From a virus, in IMG/VR virus record IMGVR_UViG_3300012933_000155, positions 71,079-135,078 of that record: a stretch of 64,000 bases of DNA; one strand, given 5' to 3'. Position 1 is the stretch's first letter; the number at the start of each line of letters is the position of its first letter. This document shows positions 53,655 through 63,642 of the stretch, in pieces. The position numbers were made by a program, and so were the translations under genes. Under the pieces are notes generated by a model. That model did not search any database and was not told the origin of the DNA. It saw nothing but the letters and a program-made list of their open reading frames with translations.

Positions 53655-56597
53655 ATGACTCAACAGTATATTGATTTCGGATCATTTCCGGATGATCCTT
53701 CAGCAGACTCTATCAGAGAATCGTTTCAAAAAGTTCAAGACAACTTCACTGATTTATACACCAACTCATTGAAACAGGGTGTTTTAGAAGTTGTACCCGG
53801 TTTCGGCTTACGCAGTGAAGATGACCGAATTACCGGCAATTTAGTCTTGTATGCAAATATCCCAAACGTTGTAATCTCTACACCGTATACAATTGAGAAT
53901 GGTTTAACCAACTTGCGTGTTAAACCTAGAACAAGCCCGTCATATAGCAATATTGCAATTATCTCAGACGCAACACCAATTGACATTGACTTAGCACCTA
54001 ACATTAAAACAGTAAATGCTAATTTTACTGGAAACTTAAAAGCAGCAAACTTGCAGGTATACGGTAAAGTTCAAACTGATTTCATCCCTGAAGGTGACAT
54101 GCTATTAGACTTGGGTTCTACTACAAATCGCTGGAGAGACTTGTATTTGTCAGGGAACACTTTGAAGATTGGTACCCAGTCTATCTCGTCAAACGCAGCA
54201 GGTTTTTTGATGACCGGATCAGTTGTCACTGATACAATTAACGTAGGAACTGTTGATGCAGTTACTGTTCTAGGAAACATCACAACTACAGAGCAAACAA
54301 TGGTTACTAAGGTGGGTACACTGACAGAGTTATCTATCTCAGGAGATACTAACTCAGATGGTAATATTACTTTAACTGGTAACTTAGATTCATTTGCAGT
54401 AAATGCGGCTACTATTAATGTATCTGGTGTATTTACTGCAGGCACAATCACTGGTAACATCGTATTACCACCTGGAGCAACAATTGATGCCCCTGGCGGT
54501 GAAGATGCAAACATGCAAATCGTGTTTAACGATGCAGGTAAGCAAGCAGCAGTTCCTGGATTATCATATAACAAACTTAATAGTTTATTAACTATTCAAG
54601 GCAATGTCGAAGGTGGAAATTTAAATACAAGCGGTGCGCTTGCAGTAACCGGAGAAGCAATAGTTGGTAGTCTAGCAACGGATGGTAGTATCAATGCTAA
54701 CTCTGGGGCTATCTCTGGTGGCTCAATCATTTCTTTAGGTATTTTAACTGCAACTGACACTATCACTGGCGGTAACGTATCAACTAGTGGATACTTGGCA
54801 GTGTCGGGTAATGCTTCCATAGGCAATATTACTGCTGTTAATAGTATCACTGGTAATTTAATGTCTATCGCAGGCAACATCTCAGGTGCAAACTTAGTTG
54901 CAAGTGGTATTTTAAAAGTTGACGGTCAAGCTAATGTCGGTAGTTTAACTACTAGCGGAGAAGTTTCGGCAGCAACCTTGCGAACAACGGCTGATGCACT
55001 AATTGACGGGAACGTAAGTTCAACTGACGGTGACTTTACAACAGTTAATGGTAAAATTTCAGGTGGTACATTGTACTCATCTGGTTTGGCTGATATCACT
55101 GGGCAATTATTAGCCCGCTCTGATGTACAAGCAAACGGTATTTTAACTGTACTAGGCAATGCAACTACATTAGGTAACGTGTCAATGGGTTCTAGTGCTA
55201 AACTAGCAAACACATTATCAATTGGAGCTAACTTAGTAATTACAGGTACTTCAGGAAATGGCACTCATGCAACGTTAACATTTGCCGAGCAAGAGTTCTC
55301 TCCGTTCGTTACTGGCTCTCATATCGCAGTATCCGGTTTAAATCCTTCGAGCTATAACGTTGCTGATAGTGCAGTAATTTCATGCAACGCTACATCAGTC
55401 ACATACTCAAGTAGCGGCACGGGTGCTATGGTTACTCCAGGTAGAGTAGTTAGTATAGGAACTGGTTTAACTGTTGTCGGTAATGTATCAGGTGGAAACT
55501 TGAACATTGCTGGAATTTTACGTGCTGGCGATAGTAATATGGCTAACGTGAATGCAGTTGGATCAATGAGCGTTTCAGAAACATTCAATGCTACAAAAAC
55601 TATCACTGGCGGCAATTTATCGACAGGCGGAACATTGAGTGTTACTGCCACTGCGACAGTTGGTAACTTAAATACTGGTGGATTAATTTCTGCTGATGGT
55701 AACATCATTGGAGGTAACTTAGTAACCTCTGGTAAAGCTACATCAGCATCTTTAGAAGTCACGTCAGGTGGCGCAAGCATTACAGGTACAGTTACCGGAA
55801 CGTTGTTTAGTGGTAATGGTGCAAGTTTAACTAATTTAAATAGCACAGTACTCAATACTACAATTACAACAACTGATGCTTCTGGAACTGGGTCAGTAGT
55901 CACGTTGACATATGTAAATCCAGGATTTACTCCATTCTATCAAGGACAGTCGATTACCGTTAGCGGAGTTATACCAACAGCATACAACGGGACATTCACT
56001 GTAGTAACTGCGTCTGCTACTCAAGTAACATTTAATCATACTGCTACTGGTGCACAAACTACCAGTGGTACAATTGTAGGTGGTTCTCGTGCAGCCTCTG
56101 CTCAACAGGCAGATAATGCAGCACTTGCTACTAATGCTACTACTGTACTAGGTGCAACGCAAACTAATATCACTACACTAGGAACACTAACTGGATTAAC
56201 ACTGAATGGCACTGGTTCAATCTCAGGTGCATCTAGTATTTCAGGTGGAAACGTGCAAGTTTCTGGCTATTTCTTACACAGTTTGGGTGCAAGTATAAGT
56301 GCATCAGGTTCGACTCAAGGTGGAGCCTATGTCTTATCGAAAGAAGTGAACTTAGTTACATCTGCGACAGCTTCAACGTCTGATGGGGTACAATTACCGA
56401 TACCTCCTACAACAGCGAGTATGCAGATTGTAATTATTAATGGTTCATCAGCACCCATTAAAGTATATCCATCATCGTCTGCTCGTATTGATGGATTAGC
56501 TACAAATGCTCACGCAGTCGTAGGTGTAGGAGGAAAATTAGTATTGTTCTCTACATCTCAAACTCAATGGTATACATTGACAACAATTTACGCATAA
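53655..56597 (+). CDS. Long tail fibre/spike-like protein with Gly-Asn-rich beta-solenoid repeats
   Basis: N-terminal DDPSADSIRESFQKVQDNF anchor, LDLGSTTNRWRDLYL, repeated ITGGNL.T.G.L.V.G units. Confidence 0.7.
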   Translation: MTQQYIDFGSFPDDPSADSIRESFQKVQDNFTDLYTNSLKQGVLEVVPGFGLRSEDDRITGNLVLYANIPNVVISTPYTIENGLTNLRVKPRTSPSYSNIAIISDATPIDIDLAPNIKTVNANFTGNLKAANLQVYGKVQTDFIPEGDMLLDLGSTTNRWRDLYLSGNTLKIGTQSISSNAAGFLMTGSVVTDTINVGTVDAVTVLGNITTTEQTMVTKVGTLTELSISGDTNSDGNITLTGNLDSFAVNAATINVSGVFTAGTITGNIVLPPGATIDAPGGEDANMQIVFNDAGKQAAVPGLSYNKLNSLLTIQGNVEGGNLNTSGALAVTGEAIVGSLATDGSINANSGAISGGSIISLGILTATDTITGGNVSTSGYLAVSGNASIGNITAVNSITGNLMSIAGNISGANLVASGILKVDGQANVGSLTTSGEVSAATLRTTADALIDGNVSSTDGDFTTVNGKISGGTLYSSGLADITGQLLARSDVQANGILTVLGNATTLGNVSMGSSAKLANTLSIGANLVITGTSGNGTHATLTFAEQEFSPFVTGSHIAVSGLNPSSYNVADSAVISCNATSVTYSSSGTGAMVTPGRVVSIGTGLTVVGNVSGGNLNIAGILRAGDSNMANVNAVGSMSVSETFNATKTITGGNLSTGGTLSVTATATVGNLNTGGLISADGNIIGGNLVTSGKATSASLEVTSGGASITGTVTGTLFSGNGASLTNLNSTVLNTTITTTDASGTGSVVTLTYVNPGFTPFYQGQSITVSGVIPTAYNGTFTVVTASATQVTFNHTATGAQTTSGTIVGGSRAASAQQADNAALATNATTVLGATQTNITTLGTLTGLTLNGTGSISGASSISGGNVQVSGYFLHSLGASISASGSTQGGAYVLSKEVNLVTSATASTSDGVQLPIPPTTASMQIVIINGSSAPIKVYPSSSARIDGLATNAHAVVGVGGKLVLFSTSQTQWYTLTTIYA

Positions 56598-56607
56598 GAG
56601 GAAAAAT

Positions 56608-57237
56608 ATGAAAATTACTTTAGAATTATTACAGGCATTATGCCCAAAGACAAAACAAACTGTGTTAGCACAGTATGTTGATGCATTAAATGACGTAGCA
56701 GAATACTATGACATGTATGACAATCCTCGCAGAGTTGCAGGATTCTTAGCACAAGTAGCACATGAGTCAGGTGGTTTCAACTTCGTTAAAGAGAATTTGA
56801 ACTACGGTGCAAAGGGATTGATGACGACATTTAAGAAATACTTCCCTTCAGAGGAGCTTGCGAAACAATATGAAAGACAACCTGAAAAAATTGCTAACCG
56901 TGTCTATGCTAATCGCATGGCTAATGGTGATGAGTCGTCAGGCGACGGATATCGCTTCTGCGGTCGCGGACTTATTCAATTGACCGGTCGTGCTAACTAT
57001 ACAAAGTTTGCACAAGACTTAGGTATCAGTATTGAAGAAACCGTTCAGTACTTAGAAACACCTGCAGGCGCTGTTAGCTCTGCTGGTTGGTTCTGGGATA
57101 ACAATAACTTGAATCAATATTGTGACAGCGATGATTTTGTAACACTAACTAAACGTATCAACGGTGGCACGATTGGATTAGAAGATAGACAACATCACTA
57201 TCACCTAGCGATTCAACTATTGCAAAAACAAGGATAA
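56608..57237 (+). CDS. Endolysin, glycoside hydrolase family 19
   Basis: FLAQVAHESGGF, ENLNY, IANRVYANRMANG, GRGLIQLTGRANY, TKRINGGTIGLEDR. Confidence 0.93.
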   Translation: MKITLELLQALCPKTKQTVLAQYVDALNDVAEYYDMYDNPRRVAGFLAQVAHESGGFNFVKENLNYGAKGLMTTFKKYFPSEELAKQYERQPEKIANRVYANRMANGDESSGDGYRFCGRGLIQLTGRANYTKFAQDLGISIEETVQYLETPAGAVSSAGWFWDNNNLNQYCDSDDFVTLTKRINGGTIGLEDRQHHYHLAIQLLQKQG

Positions 57238-57239
57238 TT

Positions 57240-59387
57240 ATGTCACAACCAGTATGGACGACTATTCCCGGTAATTTGGGACTATTTCCTTCAGGGACAA
57301 AATTGAACATTCAATTGAATGCAACACCTGTCGCACCGTCAAATTCAGTTACTTATAAACTTATCAGTGGCAGTCTACCTGAAGGTGATGTAAAGTTGTC
57401 TACTACTGGTTTAATTTCTGGTATCCCTAAATCTCTAGGTCTTCAAAAAACATATAGTTTTGTAGTACGTGCAAGTGATGATAGAGGTGTTATAAAAGAT
57501 GCGACCTTTACAATCGACATTAGTGCGAATACGGTAGTTAAGTTTGAAACACTGAATACTACTGTTCTTGCCGAGTTGCAAGATAGTGAATACTACTATC
57601 ATAAATTAGTAGTTATCAACCCAGTAAGTTCAAACCCCTTAATGTTCCGTTTGTCTTCAGGTAGATTACCACCTGGACTCTCGTTGAGTGTAGATGGGGT
57701 TATTTCGGGATGGCCATCACCGCCTACTCTATCTGACAAGTCTCCGACTACAAAGGAATATATATTTAACGTAACAGTAGACAGTAGTTTAGGTAATGAT
57801 ACTATACCCTTAGTTATAATTGTTCGCAATAAACAAGAAGCATCAATCTTTGCTAAAAGAAGCCCGGCTATCTTGAATGCAAAACCATTATCAACTGTTG
57901 TTCCAAATGATCCTTATGCTGGATATTACCTAACAGGGAATACTATACCAGCAGTATATAGCAATGAAACATTTGCATTCAAAGTCATAGGACATGATTT
58001 TGACAAAGACTCAATCACCTACACTTTTTCAAAATTACCTGAAGGTTTAACTGGTGATGTTAGTACTGGATGGGTTTCGGGTGTTATAGATATCGGAACT
58101 AATGTTTTTGAAGTGTTCTCTTTTGATGTGGTTGTATCTAAAGACACCGACCCTTCTTTAAAAAGTCAAACGGCTACCTTCATTCTTCCAGTAAAGTCTA
58201 AGTTTTCTCAAGAAATCTTATGGGTTACTGAATCTGATTTAGGAACACATCATAATGGAACAGTATGTGATTTGAAGATTGTTGCCTCTGCAACATCACT
58301 GCTTCATTATAGAGTGTCTAATGGCTCACTGCCTCCTAATATGGTGTTGTCAGACACAGGTGAATTAATTGGAACCTTCCCATTCCAGCCTGAGATTTAT
58401 ATGAAGAACAAGGGTGAAAAATCAGTGTTTACTTTTGAAGTGACTGTAAGTTCGAATACTCATTTCTTGTTAGATGCAAAAAGAGAATTCACATTGACTA
58501 TCGAACAGAGATTTGAAAAACCAGTAGAAACAATCTATTTCAAAGCTGCACCAAATCTTGCAGGAAGACAAATCATCAATTCACTGTTAAAGAATGAAGA
58601 ATTGATTCCTAATAAAATAATATATAGACCCAATGACTCAAACTTTGGCAAAGCAACAACAGTTAGGATCAATCACCAGTACGGTATCGTAGCCTCAAAC
58701 TTAGTTCAATATTTAGAAGCTATACCTAACAACCATTACAAACAAAAATTTACTTTTGGTGAATTGAAAACTGCGGTTGCTAGAGATAATAACGGGGATG
58801 TCATTTACGAAGTAATATACAGCCAACTCATTGATCCGGCAGTAAACAAAGATGGCGTTAGTATACCAATGAACATTGCTTGGCCGCAAGATATAGGTTT
58901 ACGTTACGGCGAATGGTATGATAGTAGAACTGATAAGTTCACTTCTAGTGAAGTGGGTCATACTAGTTTTTCACCTGGCTATGTTAAGCTACTAAATCCA
59001 GTAAGTTTAGAAAACATGAGGAAAGAGATTGAGAGTAATATGGAATATGACTATGACCAATCTTTGTTACCAAAATGGATGACGAGTCAACAGTTGGATG
59101 GTAACACTTTAGGATTGACTTCGGCATGGGTAATATGCCATACATTGCCAGGTTACTCAGAAAAAATAAAAGATAGAATCAATACATTTTGGGGTCACTA
59201 CCTAAGTGAAATTGATTTTGAAATCGATAGATTCATTGTAGATAGAAAAATGACGTTTAATTGGAATACACATCTAGTTAGACCCAACTGGGGTAATTTG
59301 CCTAGTGCGTTCCCTACACCCGCGCAGACTGACAAGTACGACACAATCGTATTGTTCAACAGAGAAACAATTATACCAAAGACGTAA
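57240..59387 (+). CDS. Baseplate wedge-like structural protein with tandem Ig-like (He_PIG-type) domains
   Basis: Repeated SGSLPxG.x.LS..G.ISG.P units. Confidence 0.6.
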   Translation: MSQPVWTTIPGNLGLFPSGTKLNIQLNATPVAPSNSVTYKLISGSLPEGDVKLSTTGLISGIPKSLGLQKTYSFVVRASDDRGVIKDATFTIDISANTVVKFETLNTTVLAELQDSEYYYHKLVVINPVSSNPLMFRLSSGRLPPGLSLSVDGVISGWPSPPTLSDKSPTTKEYIFNVTVDSSLGNDTIPLVIIVRNKQEASIFAKRSPAILNAKPLSTVVPNDPYAGYYLTGNTIPAVYSNETFAFKVIGHDFDKDSITYTFSKLPEGLTGDVSTGWVSGVIDIGTNVFEVFSFDVVVSKDTDPSLKSQTATFILPVKSKFSQEILWVTESDLGTHHNGTVCDLKIVASATSLLHYRVSNGSLPPNMVLSDTGELIGTFPFQPEIYMKNKGEKSVFTFEVTVSSNTHFLLDAKREFTLTIEQRFEKPVETIYFKAAPNLAGRQIINSLLKNEELIPNKIIYRPNDSNFGKATTVRINHQYGIVASNLVQYLEAIPNNHYKQKFTFGELKTAVARDNNGDVIYEVIYSQLIDPAVNKDGVSIPMNIAWPQDIGLRYGEWYDSRTDKFTSSEVGHTSFSPGYVKLLNPVSLENMRKEIESNMEYDYDQSLLPKWMTSQQLDGNTLGLTSAWVICHTLPGYSEKIKDRINTFWGHYLSEIDFEIDRFIVDRKMTFNWNTHLVRPNWGNLPSAFPTPAQTDKYDTIVLFNRETIIPKT

Positions 59388-59413
59388 GTTATAAATACGT
59401 AACGGAAAGACAT

Positions 59414-60235
59414 ATGAGTAACATTAACACATCATCAATCAACATCACTTACCCTACACCGGGTGTGAATAATAGTACACAGGGTTTTAGAGACAACTTC
59501 TCTAATATCAAACTAGCGTTGGATACTACCAAAACTGAATTAAATGACCTTCAATCTAAAGTAGTTCTCAAGTCTGCATTGACTGGTACTAGTATCAACA
59601 ATGACATGGCTAACACAATTGTTAGTAACTGCGTGACTAAGACATTTAGAGCAAGTACTTATGATTTGGGTTCTAATTTAACTGGTCAGATTGTAATTGA
59701 TACTACAAAAGGTGATGTGCAACTTGGTACTATCACTGATGATGTTCAATTTGATTTTAGTAAATGGGCTCCGTCTGGTACAGAAGCACAAGTTAAGTTA
59801 AAATTGAAGATTGGTACCCCGACTGCGAATATCATGTTCCCTAATTCCAAAATCGATGGAGCTACCGGCTTAGTATCAACTGGACCAACTAATTCTATTC
59901 GTATTTTAGAAAATTATGCGTCAAACAATTATCCTCATATTTCTGAAGATGGTGCAGATTTCTTATGTACTAACGGTGTAACTGTCCCGTATGGTGTAAC
60001 TGAATTAAATTATACTATCACAACTACGGATTGCGGAACAACGATTGATGTTACTCCGACAAACAGGGGAACTGTAGCTTCAACTATTGAAGTTCGTTCT
60101 GGTATGTCTGCGATTGGTGTTCAGGGAGATACCGCTGGGCATGTATGTACAGATGGTAACTACATTTACGTGTGTGTTGCTGAATATGACGGAACGACTC
60201 ATGTTTGGAAACGTTCTGCTCTCTCAAGTTTTTAA
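59414..60235 (+). CDS. Virion structural/fibre protein
   Basis: TATAAATA at 59390; N-terminal QGFRDNFSNIK anchor; C-terminal DGNYIYVC...WKR motif. Confidence 0.55.
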   Translation: MSNINTSSINITYPTPGVNNSTQGFRDNFSNIKLALDTTKTELNDLQSKVVLKSALTGTSINNDMANTIVSNCVTKTFRASTYDLGSNLTGQIVIDTTKGDVQLGTITDDVQFDFSKWAPSGTEAQVKLKLKIGTPTANIMFPNSKIDGATGLVSTGPTNSIRILENYASNNYPHISEDGADFLCTNGVTVPYGVTELNYTITTTDCGTTIDVTPTNRGTVASTIEVRSGMSAIGVQGDTAGHVCTDGNYIYVCVAEYDGTTHVWKRSALSSF

Positions 60236-60266
60236 TCACTAGCATGAAGATACATTAAATATCTTC

Positions 60267-60497
60267 ATGCAACATCCCTTTATATCAGATTTATCCGACA
60301 AGTCATTGGAAGAACTGCAATCAACAATCACTGATTTGCAGGGCAAACTCAACTTTGCATTCAGAATGGGCAATTCAGCCATGATAAATCAATTACGTAT
60401 GGTAATTGAAAGTTATCAAACTGAAACTGCAAATCGTTTGGACGCAATGTACAAAAAACAGAACTTAAAATCTTCTGTTAACGTTTCTAAAGGATAA
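60267..60497 (+). CDS. Hypothetical helical protein
   Basis: ORF whose start lies inside an inverted repeat. Confidence 0.6.
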   Translation: MQHPFISDLSDKSLEELQSTITDLQGKLNFAFRMGNSAMINQLRMVIESYQTETANRLDAMYKKQNLKSSVNVSKG

Positions 60498-60499
60498 TC

Positions 60500-61099
60500 A
60501 TGTCAGCGAGAATTCAACGAAGTTTCGATTTACTTGCCTGCGTTCAGTTTGACCCTGAGTTTTTTGTCAACTACTATGAGTTTGATATTACATTCAATGT
60601 GGGTACAGAAAATATTGAAGAACAAAACATTGCATTGGAAAGAATCAAGTGTTACCTTGAGGTATTCTTGCAAAATAGTGTTTTTGTGCAAGATGCTGAT
60701 GACAAAGCAATAGAGCGTTTACTTACTGCTGGTTTGAAAGTGTGTGTTCTCCCAGAAGAACCATATGACCAAATCGTAGGTATCATGCTACTACAAAAAA
60801 TCAATGCAATCACTGAAGGTAGATTAGTTGCTACTGATATATCTATCACAAGTCACATGAGTGACGGTGTAACTTGTTTCCATGCTATCGAAGAAAACAA
60901 TGGACCATTTGTATTGAAAGGTTGGTGGTATGATTCCGCCCCTACAATCAATGGACTAAAGCCAAAGAATAAAAAAGTAGTTAAGTTATCAAAGCATGTG
61001 AATGATTGGGCGGAATTTAACTTAGAATGGGAAGATACTCCCAAAACACAAACTACCAGTGAGATTGTAATAGTTTCTTTCGATAAAACGGACAAATAA
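60500..61099 (+). CDS. Hypothetical protein, possible degenerate QueD/T-fold
   Basis: Strand/helix pattern NYYEFDITF...LERIKCYL...PEEPYDQIVG...DISITS; catalytic His residues absent. Confidence 0.5.
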   Translation: MSARIQRSFDLLACVQFDPEFFVNYYEFDITFNVGTENIEEQNIALERIKCYLEVFLQNSVFVQDADDKAIERLLTAGLKVCVLPEEPYDQIVGIMLLQKINAITEGRLVATDISITSHMSDGVTCFHAIEENNGPFVLKGWWYDSAPTINGLKPKNKKVVKLSKHVNDWAEFNLEWEDTPKTQTTSEIVIVSFDKTDK

Positions 61100-61102
61100 C
61101 TG

Positions 61103-61131
61103 TTGCACTTGCTTGACAAATCTGTTATACT
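61103..61131 (+). promoter_or_regulatory. Sigma70 promoter for the DnaE N-fragment
   Basis: TTGCAC-17-TATACT, with the ATG 6 nt downstream. Confidence 0.6.
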
Positions 61132-61137
61132 ATCTTA

Positions 61138-61644
61138 ATGAATACCGATAGTTACAGCAGACAAATTCTCACAGAGAATGACCTCTGTGAGATTTACCTT
61201 AAAGACCCTGAAGCAGTTGTAAAATCTGCAACGGTCAATAAAAGTATCACATTCTCAGACTATCTTGAGATTGAAAACATCCCAGAGATAAGTGTCGTGC
61301 AACCTTTAACTATGTCAGTTGAAGATTATGACATGATGAACCAAAATAATTGGTACATCCCCGAAACATACAAGACATTTGACATAGCCAAGTGGTTACT
61401 TGAGCAATGCAAAGAAGATTACGAACTACAAAGAGTGGGTGAAGAACTCTTGTTGTTCCAAGAAAGAGACTTATTCCCATTATTATGTTATTGCAAGTAT
61501 CTAGTTGATACAATGCGTAAACATAACGTAGTATGGGGCGTGGGTCGCGGTAGTAGTGTAGCGAGTTACGTATTGTACCTAATAGGGGTACACCGTATAA
61601 ATAGCTTGCATTATGACTTGTCGATTGACGAGTTTTTAAAATAG
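61138..61644 (+). CDS. dnaE: DNA polymerase III alpha (DnaE) N-part fragment
   Basis: QRVGEELLLF...LVDTMRKHNVVWGVGRGSSVASYVLYLIGVHRINSLHYDLSIDEFLK matches the DnaE GxGRGS motif region. Confidence 0.88.
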   Translation: MNTDSYSRQILTENDLCEIYLKDPEAVVKSATVNKSITFSDYLEIENIPEISVVQPLTMSVEDYDMMNQNNWYIPETYKTFDIAKWLLEQCKEDYELQRVGEELLLFQERDLFPLLCYCKYLVDTMRKHNVVWGVGRGSSVASYVLYLIGVHRINSLHYDLSIDEFLK

Positions 61645-61653
61645 GAGAAAATT

Positions 61654-61995
61654 ATGACAATTCAAAGAACAGCGCAAGGTAAGATGGTTGATATGGCTAC
61701 ATTAGCCGCAAAGAACGAAAAGGTTCGTGCAGTTGGAAACATGAGTGTGAATGCACGTGGTGACGTACTTGATAACCAAAACAACATCGTACACAATAAT
61801 TCTAATCGTGTCAAGTCACAATATCGAAACACAGTTGAGCCGCAAAAGCCAGCAGCACAAGCACCTGAGACAATTGCACCAAACAAACCTGCGACAATCG
61901 AAGCAGATGTATCTAAAATTGAGCAGGTAGCTGAGCCAGTTGAACTAAGCAAAGAAGAACAAGAATTGTTTGATGATGAGGACGAAGAAAAGTGA
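61654..61995 (+). CDS. Hypothetical protein
   Basis: AGGAG SD; acidic tail. Confidence 0.65.
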   Translation: MTIQRTAQGKMVDMATLAAKNEKVRAVGNMSVNARGDVLDNQNNIVHNNSNRVKSQYRNTVEPQKPAAQAPETIAPNKPATIEADVSKIEQVAEPVELSKEEQELFDDEDEEK

Positions 61996-62363
61996 GCAAG
62001 TTAGCATTCGAACCGCACAAGTTTAACAAAGAGCAATTCAAACCCATTCGAGATTATGTGTTTGTCTCTGACATGCTCACTGATGAACGTATCACCAAAG
62101 CTGGTATTATCATCCCAAATGATAACAGAACTAACGCAGGTATTCGCCCACGTTGGTGTAAAGTGTACAAAATGGGTCCTGAGTTCACTAACGAAGTTAA
62201 AGAGGGTGAATGGATTCTAGTTAGTCACGGTCGTTGGTCACGCGGCATTGAAATCGAAGACGAAGAGGGTAAAAAGACGTTGCGTAGAGTAGATACAAAT
62301 GATATACTCTTAGTATCTGATTCCCCGATGGAAGATGAAACATTCTCAACTAAGGTATTTTAA
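61992..62363 (+). CDS. groES: GroES-like co-chaperonin (gp31-like)
   Basis: FKPIRDYVFV, TKAGIIIP mobile loop, VYKMGP, VKEGEWILV, DILLV. Confidence 0.8.
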   Translation: MSKLAFEPHKFNKEQFKPIRDYVFVSDMLTDERITKAGIIIPNDNRTNAGIRPRWCKVYKMGPEFTNEVKEGEWILVSHGRWSRGIEIEDEEGKKTLRRVDTNDILLVSDSPMEDETFSTKVF

Positions 62364-62716
62364 TGAAATGGTTTTTTAATTGGCTGTATAACGGCATCAA
62401 AGACATTGAAGCACACAATCGTGAAGAAACTGGCTTTGCTACACAATCAGGCTTGGTTGCCAGAGCAAGAGGACCCAAGAACTTCAAGATGAACGTTGGG
62501 CTTGCAAAGTCAGCAACAGACGAGAACCATATCCATCTAAACCAATCAGCTATGAATTTTAGATTGTATCCAGCAACAGGTGGACACATTGTAGAATATT
62601 CTTATTACAATGAGAATACAGACCGTAACACTCAAGCACTTCACTTGATTCCAAGTGATGCAGACTTAGGTGATGCACTTAGTAAAATTATGACATTGGA
62701 AGCATTGAAGCGATGA
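62363..62716 (+). CDS. Hypothetical protein
   Basis: TAATG-coupled ORF. Confidence 0.6.
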   Translation: MKWFFNWLYNGIKDIEAHNREETGFATQSGLVARARGPKNFKMNVGLAKSATDENHIHLNQSAMNFRLYPATGGHIVEYSYYNENTDRNTQALHLIPSDADLGDALSKIMTLEALKR

Positions 62717-63642
62717 AAAATAACTTGTGGGTAGAAAAGTATCGCCCTAACTCAGTATCAGACTATGTGTTCGTTGATGAACGTCAAAAAGAACAAGTAG
62801 ATGGTTGGATTAAACAGGGTGAGATTCCTCACTTGTTACTGTCAGGTGATCCAGGTACTGGTAAAACTACTCTTGCAAAGGTACTAATCCATGAATTGAA
62901 AGTGGATGACTATGATGTACTAGAGATTAACGCATCACGTGAGAACAGTGTTGATACAGTCCGTGACAAAATCAGCGGGTTCGTTCAGACAATGCCCTTC
63001 GGTAAGTTCAAGATTGTTCTTCTTGACGAAGCTGACTATCTAAGTCCCGCAGGTCAAGCAGCATTGCGTAATGACATGGAAGCATACTCTATGACAGCAC
63101 GTTTCATTCTTACTTGTAACTATGAGCATCGTGTTATCCCTGCATTGCGTGAATCACGCTGCCATAAGTTTCACATTGCTAAGCCAGATAAAGAACAATA
63201 TACCCTTCGTGCAGCCACAGTACTCGTGTCTGAAGGTGTTGAGTTTGATTTAGATGTACTTGATACTTACGTTAGTGCTTGCTATCCAGACTTACGTAAA
63301 TGCTTGAATCAATTACAAGTAAATAGTAGTGCAGGTAAGCTAATAGCACCACAAAGTCAAGGCTCAAGTGAAGATGATTTGTTGACAGATGCAACACAGT
63401 TGTTTAAGACTGGCAAAGTTACAGAAGGTCGTCAGCAACTATTACAGTATTTGAGTTTGTATCCAAGTCGTATTGAGGACATCTATCGTTGGATGTACAA
63501 CAACTTAGACTTGTGGGGTAAAACTAGTGAGCAGAAAGATGCAAGCATCATTATCATTCGTAATGGTCTAGCAAATCTCGGCTTAGTGGGTATCCCAGAG
63601 ATTAACTTAGCAGCCACTCTAATCGAATTAACAGGACAATAA
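62713..63642 (+). CDS. gp44: Clamp loader large subunit (gp44/RFC-like AAA+)
   Basis: LWVEKYRP, SGDPGTGKTT, EINAS, LLDEAD, ILTCNY, SRC, YPDLRK. Confidence 0.92.
   Translation: MKNNLWVEKYRPNSVSDYVFVDERQKEQVDGWIKQGEIPHLLLSGDPGTGKTTLAKVLIHELKVDDYDVLEINASRENSVDTVRDKISGFVQTMPFGKFKIVLLDEADYLSPAGQAALRNDMEAYSMTARFILTCNYEHRVIPALRESRCHKFHIAKPDKEQYTLRAATVLVSEGVEFDLDVLDTYVSACYPDLRKCLNQLQVNSSAGKLIAPQSQGSSEDDLLTDATQLFKTGKVTEGRQQLLQYLSLYPSRIEDIYRWMYNNLDLWGKTSEQKDASIIIIRNGLANLGLVGIPEINLAATLIELTGQ

Noticed and set aside
54071-55903. Long antisense ORFs (54071-54574, 54926-55264, 55352-55903) and similar shadow ORFs elsewhere, such as 19737-20282, 24748-25113 and 4934-5257
   Set aside because: They mirror the codon bias of strong sense genes, have no SD or promoter, and show no recognisable motifs.
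53655-56597. Periodic GGNL/TGG repeats as a CRISPR array or DNA repeat
   Set aside because: The repeats are degenerate at DNA level and in frame; they are protein beta-solenoid repeats of a fibre.
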